A stretch of 64,000 bases of DNA from Enoplolaimus lenunculus (Eukaryota): positions 620,001-684,000 of the forward strand of contig JASANG010003752.1 in the NCBI GenBank assembly GCA_030248215.1. Direction: 5' to 3'. The notes below the pieces were generated by a model that ran no database searches, was not told where the DNA came from, and worked only from the letters and a program-made list of their open reading frames with translations. Shown here piece after piece: positions 39,484 to 52,837 of the stretch. Numbering within the stretch: the stretch's first letter is position 1; each line of letters starts with the position of its first letter. Made by a program: the position numbers and the translations under genes.

Positions 39484-40324
39484 AAATGTCCCACTACGAC
39501 TGGTAACTAACTACATTGGCCGAAAGTTTTCTACTTCACTAAGTATTTTTTGTTTCCGGTGCAGCATAAAAAATGACCTCCGGGTATATTTTCATGGGGG
39601 TCCGATTTTCACAGTACTGTCGTGTGAAAAACTGACCTACACTAAAAAGAGACCCCCTGATCATTTTGCACAGCGTCGCATGAAAAAATGATCCCGTTAT
39701 AAAAGACTCCCGGTTTACACAGAACTGTACTAAAATTATCCTCTGAAAATAAATAGTTTCCCGCTGGCGAATACTCTTAAGCGCAGTGAAAGTCTAATTT
39801 AGATAACAAAACTGAGCAAACGACTCTTACCGCTCATAAGTTGAGGAAGTGACGATGAAGCTAATTTAAGTTCAAGCAAAATTTACTTGAAAATTCAAAA
39901 CATAGACATAAGCATACGGAATGCGTTGCCAAAACGAAATCTGCCTCAAATAGTCTGAAAATGCTACAAATTTCAACATCATCTCACGGTAAAACAGTGG
40001 TTTGCCTTGGGTTGCCCGCCTTCCCCCTTCGAATCCAACTTCTGGTCCTTTTGCAATGGAAATTCAAGAATTTTTCGGTGGGCATTCGAATTTGGTGCAG
40101 TCTTCTCCCCCGAGGTGGTGTCGAGCCAATATTAATGGTTTCGAAACAATTTCTTATTTATTAGTATGGAACGTGCGAAGTATTAGCCTTTTTTCACGGG
40201 GATATGTGGGCTGTGCTAGTGTACAATGTGTAGAACTCAACTAGAAAATAGTGATGCCGACTCCAAAGTTTTGTTTCTTCCAATAGCGATTTCTTGTTTC
40301 AAATTTTGCCAATGCCAAACATAC

Positions 40325-40683
40325 CAGGGTGCAACCGGAGGTGAAAAATACCGGAGCCGGAGCCGGAGGTCAACGAAACTTGCCGGAGTCGGACGTGAGG
40401 CGAAATTATGTAGTAAAAATGATATTTAGTTAATTTTAGCCAATATCTGCAATATGTTGTTAAGTTGTTTGGTTTTGCGTTAATTTTCTGGAAAATTTCG
40501 GAAACTCTTCTGAAAATTGTGACAAAAGTAAATCGAAACACACTAAACAGATAAATTTTGCTAAATTCTGCAAAAATTTTACTACCGAAATTGCCGGAAC
40601 CTCTCCGGCAAACATTTTACCGGAGCCGGAGTCGGAGGCCAATTTTCTGCCGGAGCCGCAGGCATACCTCCGGTTGTACCCTG
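40325..40683. mobile_element. hAT MITE family C
   Basis: CAGGGTGCAACCGGAG ... CTCCGGTTGTACCCTG; perfect TSD AAACATAC. Fragments also at ~27205-27297, ~27590-27697 and ~41485-41590. Confidence 0.9.
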
Positions 40684-41694
40684 AAACATACATATGCCGA
40701 TTCCGATGTCGATACCAAATTTAACGCATTCATGATTTAAGGAAAGTTTTTAAAGCGCATCGTGAGAAACGCAAAGGCCTAAAACTTAACAAACAAAAAC
40801 AACTATGACAACTTTTGTACCACGGCTCATATAGTTAATAGCCGTGCTTCATGCACCGTGCCTTTACGGCAAAACTGTTCGGCACACTTCACACGGTTAA
40901 CGCACGCCCAAGCGTGCTTTAACCGTTTGGTGCAGCTCGGTACGCAAGAGTGTGGCACTTATAAAGCCATAAAGCCATTTTAGAAGTGGCGTGCCGGGAG
41001 TTCTCTTATCATGTAGGTGGGTGATAAATTTTTCCAGGTGTGATGAAAATTTTCTAGGAGAGTGGAGCAACCCCGTCCCCTCTGTTGCGGGGCAATTCTA
41101 GTTTAGTCAGTTTATTCTAGAAACCAAAGATTGGTCGTTCTGGGGCCATGGTACAAGTCAGTTGTAGCACGACTTACCTCTTGTCCTTCCGATATACATA
41201 CGCACGACAGCTGTGCACGTGACTCAAAAACTTGTGCGCGCACTCGTGCTATAAGTGGAGCGAGCTAATTAAGTCACACTTGTTTTTGTAAGTTTATATT
41301 AAATCCCAAGACTCTTTTCGGTTTTTTCTGACATGAAAGCCTCTCAATTGCTGCAAGCTCGCGCGCAAAGCGAGGTTGATGCTAGACGTCCTGGTGGATA
41401 TATACACACGGTCACTGTTAATGTGTTGCATGAAAATTAGTTACATGTCATCTAAAAACGCGCCAAAAAGTTTACTTGTGTAAATCTGTGCAAAATTTCA
41501 CTACCGAAATTGCCGGAACCTCTGGTGAAAATCCGGAGCCGGAGGTCGATTTTCTGCCGAAGCCGGATGCAAACCTCCGGTTGTATCTTGGTACTTTGTA
41601 TGAGCTAAATTAGCTAGAACTATTGTTGTGTTGACGCGGCAGACATTAATAAAACTGCTAACTTTACTTCGAAGCAATATATACAACTCAGGCA

Positions 41695-41789
41695 GCCCAT
41701 GTATAGAACAGTAGGCATAGGCTTAGGCTTAGGCTTAGGCTTAGGAATATGCTTATACTACTGTTCCGGCCCTGATCTATACATGGGCC
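41695..41789. mobile_element. Small MITE carrying TTAGGC telomere-like repeats
   Basis: GCCCATGTATAGAACAG is inverted to CTGATCTATACATGGGC, enclosing TAGGCATAGGC(TTAGGC)3TTAGGAATATGCTTA. Confidence 0.7.
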
Positions 41790-42804
41790 ACTCAGGCAAT
41801 AGAAATGTGAACCGTGCTCGCTTTATTCGCTATACAAATATATCGGCTATTTTACAAAGTCTGGTACTGAAACGCATCGTAAATCTGAATAATCTTGCGT
41901 CTGCTGGCTGTTGCTACAATTGTCGAATGATGACAGTTTCGTTTGGTTTCTCGCTCGTTTGTACGTTTCTTGCTCTATTACACTATGCATTCCATAGTTG
42001 CACTCCATTGCTTGATAAACTGTTGCGCCTCTGAAAGAGCGTAAATCACTCAGAAAACTGACCTGCTCTCAGCAGCATGAGGTCGAATTCACGTCCAAAC
42101 CGCCCTATAATCGTATCCACGCATCGCGCGCAGACTGTTCTATCTGACGTTTAACCCTTTCACTCTGAACTGCATATAGTACAAATATACGAGCAATGCA
42201 GACACTGTGAGCCGTGTTTAACAATTCTAACTTACATGCGCAGTGACAAATGTCCACAATACGTAAGAGCCGTCGCGGGTTTGAGCGTCAAGCTCCTATA
42301 GCTCAGTGGTCATCATAAAACGCCTCCTACCCATGATACTGGTGATCGAATCTTACCTTGAAACAACATATTTTATATGAAATTGAGAATAGTGATGTGA
42401 GGTTTGATATTTGATTAAAAAGAACCCATCAATACCGGACGCCGAGTATAGTTGTCAATACTCAAATTATACAGCACCCTTTGCTCACTTTTAATTGCGA
42501 CACGCAAAGATATTATTCTTTCGTTCAGAACCACATACCTCTGCACATTGGTATAAACCGTTTATTGAATAGTTGCCCAATCTTTAGTAAAGTTAAGTTC
42601 TTAAAGTTACCCTCCGACACATATTACCATGACAACAGGCATGCCAAACTGAAAATTATACGACATTCTTTGCTTTTAAATTTAGACGCAGCAAGCAAAT
42701 ATAAACTTTTTTCGTTCATAAACAGAAAACGCGTTGCTGGTATCGGTTTCACTGTCGCTGATTTAGAAAACTGGTCGCCCTAACTTCGGTAGTATTTTAG
42801 ACTG

Positions 42805-45800
42805 TTAAGATTGAGCTTCAATGTGTCCATGACAACAGCATTCGCACGAATCAAAACATTGACACGTAACGCCAGTGATAAACACTTGTTTGGCCAAAAT
42901 CCAAAACGCATTTTTCATTCGAGGTCCAAAAAACGTATACAGGTAAAAGTTCATTGAATGATGACCGTAGTAAAGTAACAGTGAAAGTAGCACAAACCTA
43001 AAAGTATCAGGATGTAACCGGATGTGAAAAATAGCGTAGCCGGAGGCAGACCTCCAGTTGTACAGCGCAAAATATCGTATGGTTTTCGATTTGTTAAAAA
43101 TCAAGTGCACATAGAGAGGGTTTAAGCTCAATCTCTGTTTGAGAAATTTATTTCAAATTTGGACAGCTATTAAGTTAATTTAAACTGCGAAATAGACGAC
43201 AATGATAAAAAATCATTGTCCAGAGTTAAGTTTGTTGTTATCTTTTGATCGTTATCTTGACCATCGGCAACTGTTAGCCAAACACAGTTTATCTCTCTCA
43301 TCGTTAAAATTTACAAAACCACTTCGGTAAATTGAAATTGCTTTGGTTTTAAATTTACATATACAACTTGTACTTCAGGGTACCACCTGAGGTGAAAAAT
43401 AACGGAGCTGCAGTTATCGCCCAAGTGTTTTATACAAGACAAACAAACGTTTAATTCAACGGATAGTTGCAATACCGGATATGTATCAGCAACGAAGGGC
43501 GGCGGAGGGCGGGTAAAAAAGAAATAACAGTCCGTAACCGAATAACAGAGGGACCTTCTCGAGAGGTCAAATAAATATCAGTCCCCCTTGTTACTGTAGT
43601 GGCCCGAATAAGAGGGGGGACTGATATTTGTTTGGCCTCTCCAGAAGGTACCCCCTTGTTATTCGATTACGGACTGTTATTTATTTTTAACCCACGCTCC
43701 GCATCCCTTCGTTACTGATATATCCGGTACTGCAATTATCCGTGGAACTAAACGTTTATTTGTCTCGTATCAATAGCTTGAGCGATAACACAAGGTTATA
43801 CTTAGGAATGTACCTTCACAATTTAAGTACGCTTTAAAGTTTCGAACTCAAATTATATGATCCTGGAGTCATTTAAGCACTACAATTAGGGTTAATTGAC
43901 ATTTATGGACTCTAATTAGGGTTTAGGGACTCTATCCGCTTACGGAATCTTATTCTGGATACAGACTCCAATTGATTGGGACTCAAAATGGGAACCCCCC
44001 TCTTATTACCCACCTCTTCTTCCGGTCACTACAGTACAGTAACTAGGGAAACTACCACAGTTTTTGCATTTTATAACGGAAACGGAAATGGACACCGATT
44101 TTTGCCGAAAACGGACACGGAAATCCGGATATATCCTGCCGTCTGTCCGTCCAAAAACAATCTCAAGATCCGCTGAACCGATGTTGAGAAACTTTTTTGT
44201 TTGAAAGCTTATTATTATCCTGGTGTGTTAACCTCGCATTGGGGTTTCAAAACCAGGCCGTTTATTATCTAGAGGCTATACATAACTGTTTAACCCAAAA
44301 TTAAGGATTTTTACTGTATTTTACTAATTATTAGAGTTACAAGAAATCTAATTTCAGTACTAAAACGTTTTTGCTTACAAGAAATTTGAATAAATTATTT
44401 ATAAAAACCTCTAAAACCTATAATTGATCAGTTAGCTAACAGCTAACTTGCATATTAGCTAAATTAGTGAAACCTAAATTAGGACGTTTGAAATTTCTGA
44501 CTGATTATAAGGGTTACAAAAAATAAATTCAACATTAAAGTGTTTTGGGTGGGAGCATTAGGAATAAATTGTTTATAAACCTTCAAGACCGCTAATTAAA
44601 AAGTAGTTAATAGCTAATTTGCATAATAGCTTAACTAATAACCCAGAATTGGGATTTTTTAATTATTTCACTGATTATTATGCAAATAATCGATTTCAGT
44701 GCTAATGGTTTTTACGCGCAAAAATCTTAACAAAATGTTTATAAACCTCCAAAACCGATCAATGAAGAGTTAGCTACTAACTAAGTTGCACATTAGATTA
44801 AACGGAAAGTAGTGGGTCAAATTATCTGTTTGTGCTGTATAAGTTTGGAATGCTTAACTAGAATGATTAAAAAGAGAGTATGTCGGAGCTTAGCTCAATA
44901 CATGTAGGTCTACTACGGCTTGTTTTGCCTGTTGAAAACAATTACAGCCCGTGTTCAGTAAAATTTAGCAAATTTACGCTAACAGAACGAAACATCTGCA
45001 AAAAACCGGTTCATAGTTTGATAATTCATTTCCGTACCGATTGTGCTTCTAAAATCAAGAGCTTTTTTAGTCAAAATTCTAACCGAAATCAAAATTCTGT
45101 GCGCACCCTAATCAGTGGAGATTTATAATGGTATAAAAATTCAAGTATAGCATTGATCCGCATTAATCTGCGCATCGGTTATAATGCCGCAAAACTGCAA
45201 AGCTATAGGACGCGGCCCATGCAATCAACATGGGCCATTCGTTGTACCGGAGCGGGAGCATTTTCCCTAATTATTAGCACCACAATTCAAACGTACCACT
45301 GATCAACATTAAACTGAGTATCGTTAATCATGTTGTAAAACCGCAAAATATAATGCGGCGAATTCATCACGACAAACGTTGTTGTAACAATAATTAAACA
45401 TTTTGTGAGTTGTTTGTCTGAGTTTCGAATTATAACCTAAAATAATACAAACAAACCGAGATTCGAAATGCTAAAAACTTTCGCTGCATTCTGCAAATGT
45501 TCGTTGAATGGAGTTTACGTCAAAGAATTCTGGATTTTCTCCAAGAAAAACGTTTAGAAGCGATGACGAATTCTAGACATTGCACTTTAAAGTTCTATAA
45601 CAGACTTTGTAAAGTTAATCTTAAACGCTGTATATATCTATATATTTAAAGCTGGAATGCGCCACATACGTATTTTGGGCAACTTTCCAGCATTACTTTG
45701 TGGTATACAATATTTTCTTCGAACTGAAACGTAATTGTTCTGCGAAGACAAAATCGGCATACACACTGTCGTTCAATATTGTGCATTGGCTAAACTTTTC

Positions 45801-48155
45801 TGCATTGAGGAAAACCGGCTGACTAGTTTTAACTATTTGTAAAACTTAAAATTGCATTTTTCGATGTGTTTCTCATTTTCAAACTAATAACAGTTTCACG
45901 GGAATTCCTTCATTTTCGTAGCACCCTTACCTCGCTTACAGCTTGCTCTGAAATCGGCAACAACTCATGATTGGTTTGATTGACACACTCGAGTGTTGTT
46001 GTGAGTCCTTCTTGAACTGCTTTAAATTTAAAATATGTCCAAAGTTTAATTGTAATATAAAAATTTAACGCCACAATAATACTTGTCGGTATAAAACACG
46101 ACAAAAACATATCAGCAACGGTAAAAATATGATATAACATTCGAATCAATTGTGACTGTTCTACAGCACATCCGTAGCCAGGGATTGGTTTTGCCAAAAT
46201 CAAAATCCACGTACAAACCAAGCATGCACCAGCAATAACTGCAATTGTTAATATACGAGCGTTGCGAACGTTACAATGGGATCGACGCACTGTTGGTAGA
46301 CGTAGAACAACAAAACGTTCAGCGGTAACGCATAAAATCAGCCAAACTGATGCACAATCGGTGAAATGGGTAATGAATTGAAACGATTTGCACGCGACTA
46401 CGTTGCCTTGATGTACAGACCACCCTAAAATTTGGAACATGAAATATTATTTGTTGCTGCCGTATGATTCGCCAATATGGAACATCGATAATCGAATTAT
46501 TTGTTCGGTCCATGTAAAAGCTATGGGTACCTGCCCAAGTGCCCACTAAGCCTAAGTCTAATCTTAAAGCCAAAAAAGCGTAAACGGAAGCTTAAAACAT
46601 GAACGCATTGCAGTGGCCCGAATAAAAGGGAAACGTACATTTGTTTGTCTATCCACAAGAGGGTTCTCCCTGGTATTCCGTTACGGACTGATATATTTTC
46701 ATTCAGCCCATGTTTAGTTGAATTCGACACCCTTCATTTTTATACTCTTTCTTTTGTTCAGAACAGACTTGCTCCGAAATTGGTCTGTTTAATGCCAGGC
46801 CCCTTTAAATAAAACTGCTGCGAATTGCCTGAGCATCTGTCGCATATTTCGCAGTTTAGGCCATTCTTCTGCTTTTGTCTTTAATGGACTCTAATTAGAA
46901 CTTATGGACTCTATCCACTAACGAATTCTAATTAGAGATACAGACTTCTGTTGATTGGGACTCAAAATGAAGACCTCCTCATATTAACCACTCGTATCCG
47001 AGTCGCTACAGAAATATTAATATTTAGTCTATGCCTCACAGTCTTTTGATCCCTTTCGTCTCCATGTCCCCCAGTCCCATTTGGCAAAGGCCATAATTAT
47101 CATGCTCCGGCTCTTTGACAATATCCTACTTTGGATTATGCTGAATTTCGGATTGCATTGTTGACTTTCATATGTTTCCGTTCTGCTGAAAAGGTTCATT
47201 GAGGTTATTTTGAAAGCAGTTGGCCTAAACTGTTTCAATTAATTTAGAACACAGTTACGTAGACGAAATTTATTCTAAATGAAATTGGAATCGTAGATCT
47301 GGGTGTATTATACCCGTTTTTTAAGTTTATGCTTATACAAGGCGCTTCACTGCAAAAAAGCAAAAATTGGTGAATCAAATAGAGTCTATCCGAAATAGGC
47401 TTTTAGGCATTACACTAACTACGTCAAATTCGACTCCGCCAGAGTCAAATTCGACTCACTGAGCGACTCGGGTGAGTTAAATTTGACTCTGGTGTAGTTG
47501 AATTTGACTCAGTTTGTGCAGTCCGGAATAGCATATTTCGAAGAGAGTCAATTTGACTCACAATTTTTTCTGTGTGCTTCAACGGTGGTGTGCGCCTTTA
47601 ATAGGCTTGTTTTGTGCTACCTGATGCAAGTATCTACGTATAACAATGGAAAAATCCCACGAGCGAAGTGAGGCAAAAGCCAGACGCATGTTTGTGAGTT
47701 CAAACTTTTCAAAAAACTCCGTTTTAAATCCAGTTTTAAAATTCATTTTGTCTTCCAACAGTGGACAATTATAAGACTGTGCTTACTTCAGCTATGTGAG
47801 ATTTGGAGACGACAATGAGGTTTTGGAAGCATATCTATTAGAGACACATTTCGAAATAAATACCTGAGATTCCTGTCAACCATTCAACAAGTAGCACCCC
47901 TAGGAACGCGACATCAACCACTGCTAAAGCAATCAAAAACGTATGCGAAGGATAACGTTTAGAACATCCGCTTCCATTCAGACGAGACAACAAAAACATC
48001 GCCAAGATGTTACCAGCCAGACCAAATGCAATAATTATCGGCATACTTATTCCAGCAATCATTCTTGACAGTGAAGCTCTGCTGTCATCATTCCCACTCG
48101 GCTCAGCTGCTTCCAGTGAACCAGAAACGCCAGTTGTTGTAAAATTTGATAGCAT
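42805..48155 (-). CDS. Class A (rhodopsin-like) peptide-type GPCR, ~372 aa, 4 exons
   Basis: Exons 48155-47864, 46424-45931, 45436-45297 and 42997-42805 are phase-consistent (1119 nt). TM1 GLAGN, TM2 LIALAVVD, TM3 CK..SVWLILCVTAERF, TM5 FIP..LN, TM6 FVVMNSP, TM7 HSMNFYLY, Cys-rich tail. Resembles invertebrate FMRFamide/sex-peptide-receptor-like GPCRs. Confidence 0.9.
43594..44034. mobile_element. MITE family E (CTGTAGTG.CCCGAATAAGAGG termini, TA flanks)
   Basis: TA|CTGTAGTGGCCCGAATAAGAGG ... CCGGTCACTACAG|TA; other copies at ~46609-47011 and 52420-52837. Confidence 0.75.
44141..44800 (+). mobile_element. 5'-truncated, diverged Helentron/HINE-like copy
   Basis: GTCTGTCCGTCC..ATCTCAAGATCCGCTGAACCGAT followed by the same tandem units as 38566-39483. 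Confidence 0.65.
47348..47576. mobile_element. MITE family A copy
   Basis: CACTGCAAAAAA..GGTGAATCAAAT ... GAGAGTCAATTTGACTCACAATTTTTTCTGTGTG. Confidence 0.8.
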
Positions 48156-49481
48156 AACTAAATTATTTAGCTACCATCAAATTAGAAGTTAGTAAGAAAT
48201 CGCAAACAATTGAAATGATTTGCTTATGAAAGAAACTGATTAGTGTTTTTGAAAATCATGGTTAACAGGCGGTTAGAATCTTATTTTTGCCGACCATGGG
48301 GGCCTGCGCCCCCGTTACAAATTTTTTTGATAAAATGGTAGGTCACCACCTTACAATTTTTCTTCATCAGAAAATTGGTACATAATATGTATAGCATACA
48401 GGAGAACTTTGTTTTATAACTTTTACCAGTCCATCCTACCATCATAAATTTCTGGATCCTTCACTGTTCATCACCAAACTTTTGCTTTAAGGACATAAGA
48501 TGAGTCTCCAATTTTACTTTGACTGAAGTTAATATGCCTGCACTGTTAATCTGTAATATGTTAAAATTTGTCAGCGACTTTAGTATTTACTTAACTAATT
48601 AAGTAAGGTTTTAAAAGCGACAAAATGGTTAAGTAATTACTTAGCGCGTACTGAAATACTAAGTTGTATTTTTAGTAGGGTTTCGGATATCCATTTCCGT
48701 TTCCGTTAAAAATCGGTGTCCGTTACCGTTATATAAATACCGGAAATTCTGTTATTTTTATGCTCAAAACTTAGTTGTAAATCACGTATATAGCTCGCAA
48801 TTTTTCATTGTAGGTACGATTCGACTGTTTGAAATGAAATATAAATTACCAAATTCATTCGAAATCTTAAACTCTTCGGTAAACTCACTATTTCTTAAAT
48901 TTTACAAAATCCGATGAATATTTGCATACCTCAATTATGTTGCCAGAAAAATTAAACATCTTTGAAACTTTTATATTCAATACTCGTTTTTCGTTTCCAT
49001 TTCCGATATTCTGATCACTATCTCTACAATTTTACTTTAGACCAATGTTGATATGCCTGAACTGTAAATTTGTAATATATCAAATAGTCACATAACACGC
49101 ATCACAGTGACAGCGTGACACACCTCTGCTTAGCTTGTTTTGAGACAAGCACAATTTATAGTTCGTTAAAAGGAAACGGGAGTTTCACCTGGCTTATAAG
49201 CCTGTTGTGTGCTCAATTGTGGAACGCTAACTTCAAAATAAAAACGCTACAACATCATCTTTAGTCTTGAACGCAGACAGAATGATTTGGTCAACGTTTC
49301 TAGAAGTTTTAGATAAAACAAGAAAAACATACACATACACTGAAGATAAAGAATACGTTGGTGGACTTAGAAGTCAAAAAAGATTTTCTAACTTTAACGC
49401 AATGTTACACAGCGTGTTTTATAATAAGCTTCGCCCATACTTCTGATATTTAGTATTCGGGTACGACTGTCTCTACTGGTA

Positions 49482-49702
49482 CACTGCAAAAAATGCAGAG
49501 TCAAATTGACTCTCACAGAAACAGGCTTTTCCGGACTACACAAACTGAGTCAAATTCGACTTGCCAGAGTCAAACGCTCGACTATCCGAGCGACTCAGTT
49601 AGTCGAATTTGACTCTGGCGGAGTCGAATTTTGACTCAGTTTGCGTAGTCAGGAAAAGCCTATTTCGGAGAGAGTCAATTTGACTCACCATTTTTTGTAG
49701 TG
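49482..49702. mobile_element. MITE family A copy
   Basis: TA|CACTGCAAAAAATG ... CATTTTTTGTAGTG|TA. Confidence 0.85.
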
Positions 49703-50512
49703 TACGACGGTGCGCGCTTACACCCCCGTCAATATAAATCCAGGATGCAAGTTAAAAAATTGCTCCATCGGCGCTATTTACGTTACAAATGACGTTTATT
49801 CTTGCTGTTAGGTTCAGTGGGCTCGGCACTTATACATATATAAATTTATATCTATATATAAATATATATTTATATATCTATATATCTATAAACATGAGCC
49901 TTTACCTAAAATATGCAGCGTCTCTATGTTCATAATGGTTTTCTTAGGTTTACAGGTTTATATGGCAGGTAATCTTTAGGTTATACCTATGTGTGTAACA
50001 AACTATACTTTATAGATCTATTCAGCACAGTTGTCTTTAGGCTTTAATTTATTTGCGAACTACTTAACTGAACCTATACATATCTTTTATATTGGCCAAA
50101 GTAATAACAAAGGCTGTCATGCGTCTTTTGGGCAAACCTGAACGCTATAAAGTATCAAAAATAATACAGCGAAAATTAAAAGAATAACTATACTTGATGA
50201 ACGTATATATTAAGCTACCTATGGTTATTGTGCAGAATACGACCGCGCTGATAAAACAAAATAAAATATTTAATTACTTTCACGGGCTACTAAGATTTGC
50301 ATATATTTTCTGTGAAAAATTGCACAAAATAAGTTAATACACTTCGTTTGAGTTTTAATCAGTTACGCAACCATTTTAGGTAAGATATGCGTGTAGCGCC
50401 GTGAGCAAACATACATCGTCTGCTCAATAGTGTCGCTGAACTGAAACATGTCGTGGTCAAAATTGTCCAATTTCTGTAGTCTGTGACTCTCGATTCCTTT
50501 AATCCTACAAAT

Positions 50513-50772
50513 CAATGCAAAAAAATAGTAAGTCAAATTGACTCGCTCCGAAATAGGCTCTACGGTACTACACAGACTGAGTCAAATTTGACTCCGCCAG
50601 AGTCAAACGTTCGACTTAGTGAGTCGAACATGACTCTTGAAATTCGACTCCGCCAGATTCAAACCTTCGAGTGAGTCGAATTTGACTGGTGGAATCGAAT
50701 TTTACTCAGTTTGTGTTAGTTCCGCAGAGTCTGTTTCGGAGAGAGCAATTTGACTCATCATTATTTGCAGTG
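50513..50772. mobile_element. MITE family A copy
   Basis: CAATGCAAAAAAATAGTAAGTCAAATTGACTC ... TGACTCATCATTATTTGCAGTG|TA. Confidence 0.8.
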
Positions 50773-52419
50773 TAGTTGTTTCAAATTTCCTAAACAACGC
50801 GAAACATCGCGTTTTGGACGTCGAAGTTAACAACGCGGCTATTGCCCAAAGTCATAAACATCCATGACCGTAGAAAGCTCACGTTGCAAGGGGGCATTTT
50901 TCAGGAGGGACATACAATGGTTTTCGTTGCTTACAAGCAAAGTTAAAAATTTCGTGGGGGGCTAACACTTTTGACACGTGGACTGAGCCCCCTTGCTCCA
51001 CTTGCCTACGGGCTCGATATCAGTCGCCCAACACAAACTGATAAACCTGCTTCAGTGACCAGGTTGGGTGATGGAAATTTACGCATCCGTCAATTATTCG
51101 AACGGGTGTTGTTTTCTTTAGCTCTACTTTTCTACGAAGTTATCAACAACCTATTAAAAGGTAATTTAAAGTATAAACATTTGTCTTTCTAAAACCATAA
51201 AAAGTTGAAGTTTACGATAGGGTAGAAACACCTCCCCGCAATTTTGTTATAATCAAACTCATAGCAATGTTCATGGAATATTCATCATCTCTATTCCAGG
51301 AAATGCTTTGATTTTAAAAAATATTAACCACTCATGATTGTGTTAATACGCGGATCGTACAATCGCTGTAAAGGGTAAACTTGCCTATTATAAACACTTG
51401 CATTGTACCTATTTTCACATCTAAGAAACTAACATCATTTTCTATGCAAGAACATGTTTAGTTGTATATATGGACGCATTGTCCCCTCCCCCCGGGCAGA
51501 GTTAGTTTCAGACTAATACAAGAGGATAACACTAGCTAGACGAATATGATTTCACTTGAACGTTTGGCGAATTGTCGCTAGGCAACTATCGCGTTTGGGC
51601 AGTTGTCGTTTGGATTAATTTTTGCAATTCGATTTTACAATTTACAATTGTGTTTACTTTTAAATTTTAACCGTAATCCTAAATCCGAACAATAAAACTT
51701 TAGAAAATTTGAGATTAATTCATTTTGAACTTTTCTGTTAACTCAACTCTAAACTTTCTAACGATAAAGACATAATAAAGGTAAATGAAAAGATTTTTTG
51801 AAGAATTTCAAAGAAATAACAGCGATTAGAAATGTGAAACTGTAGATGCTTAATGCTTTGTAAATAGTTTCTTTTTCTTTTTTCCCTACCCCCCCTCTAA
51901 ATTCTTAACCTCCTTTTCAAAAACTTTTTAACATTTTAAAATATCCCCCTTCCCCCCCAATAAAAAAAACAACAAATTTTTCAATCTCCCTCCTTTTTTT
52001 TTTTAACTTTTAATTTTCCTATCCTAAATCCAAAAAAAAAAAAAAAAAAAAAAAAAAAACGATTAGAAATGTGAAACTGTAGATGCTTAATGCTTTGTGT
52101 GAAATTATGTTTATCAATTTCATACTTTATTCGCCTAAGCGACACCTTCGTATAATGCAAATGCGTGTTTATGTTGAACATTTTTCAGTTGAATAGTCAT
52201 TACATTCACGGTACAAACGCCTACATGTGGTTAACAAAAACAAAATATTTTCTCATATACAATCTTGCCCACCGATGAGTATAACGCAAAGTTAAACCAA
52301 CTGTTGGGGTGAAAACAATCGCTGGGGTCAAACTAATCGTTGAGGTGAAACCAACCGTACGGTTATATATCGAGAGAGATTGATACCAGGGTCGTATATA
52401 CATCTATAAAAAGCAATTA

Positions 52420-52837
52420 CTGTAGTGACCCAAATAAGAGGGAGGTCTCACTTTGAGTTGTAATCAACAGGAGTGCGTATCCCTAATAAGAGTAAGTAAA
52501 AGCGGATAGAGTCCCTAAACCATGATTAGGGTCCATAAATTGTCATTTATCCCAAATTGTAATGCATAAAGGAGTCCTGCACGAAATGCAGTTGAGTTCA
52601 AAACTTTGAAGCATACTTAGTTTTGAAAGTACATTCTTATACGTAGCCTTGCATTATCGCTCAAAGTTTTTATACAAGACAAATAAACGTTGAATTTAAC
52701 GGATACTTGCAATACCGAATATATGTCAGTAACGAAGGGTGCGTTAAAAATAAATAACAGTCCGGAACCGAATAACAGGGGGGTACCCTCCGGAGAGGTC
52801 AAATAAATATCAGTCTCCGTCCTCTATTCGGGTCACT
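52420..52837. mobile_element. MITE family E copy (opposite orientation to 43594-44034)
   Basis: CTGTAGTGACCCAAATAAGAGG ... TATTCGGGTCAC; interior matches 43594-44034 reversed. Confidence 0.75.

Noticed and set aside
42291..42360. tRNA-like start GCTCCTATAGCTCAGTGG
   Set aside because: Only the A box is recognisable; the B box is degenerate and there is no cloverleaf. At most a decayed SINE head.
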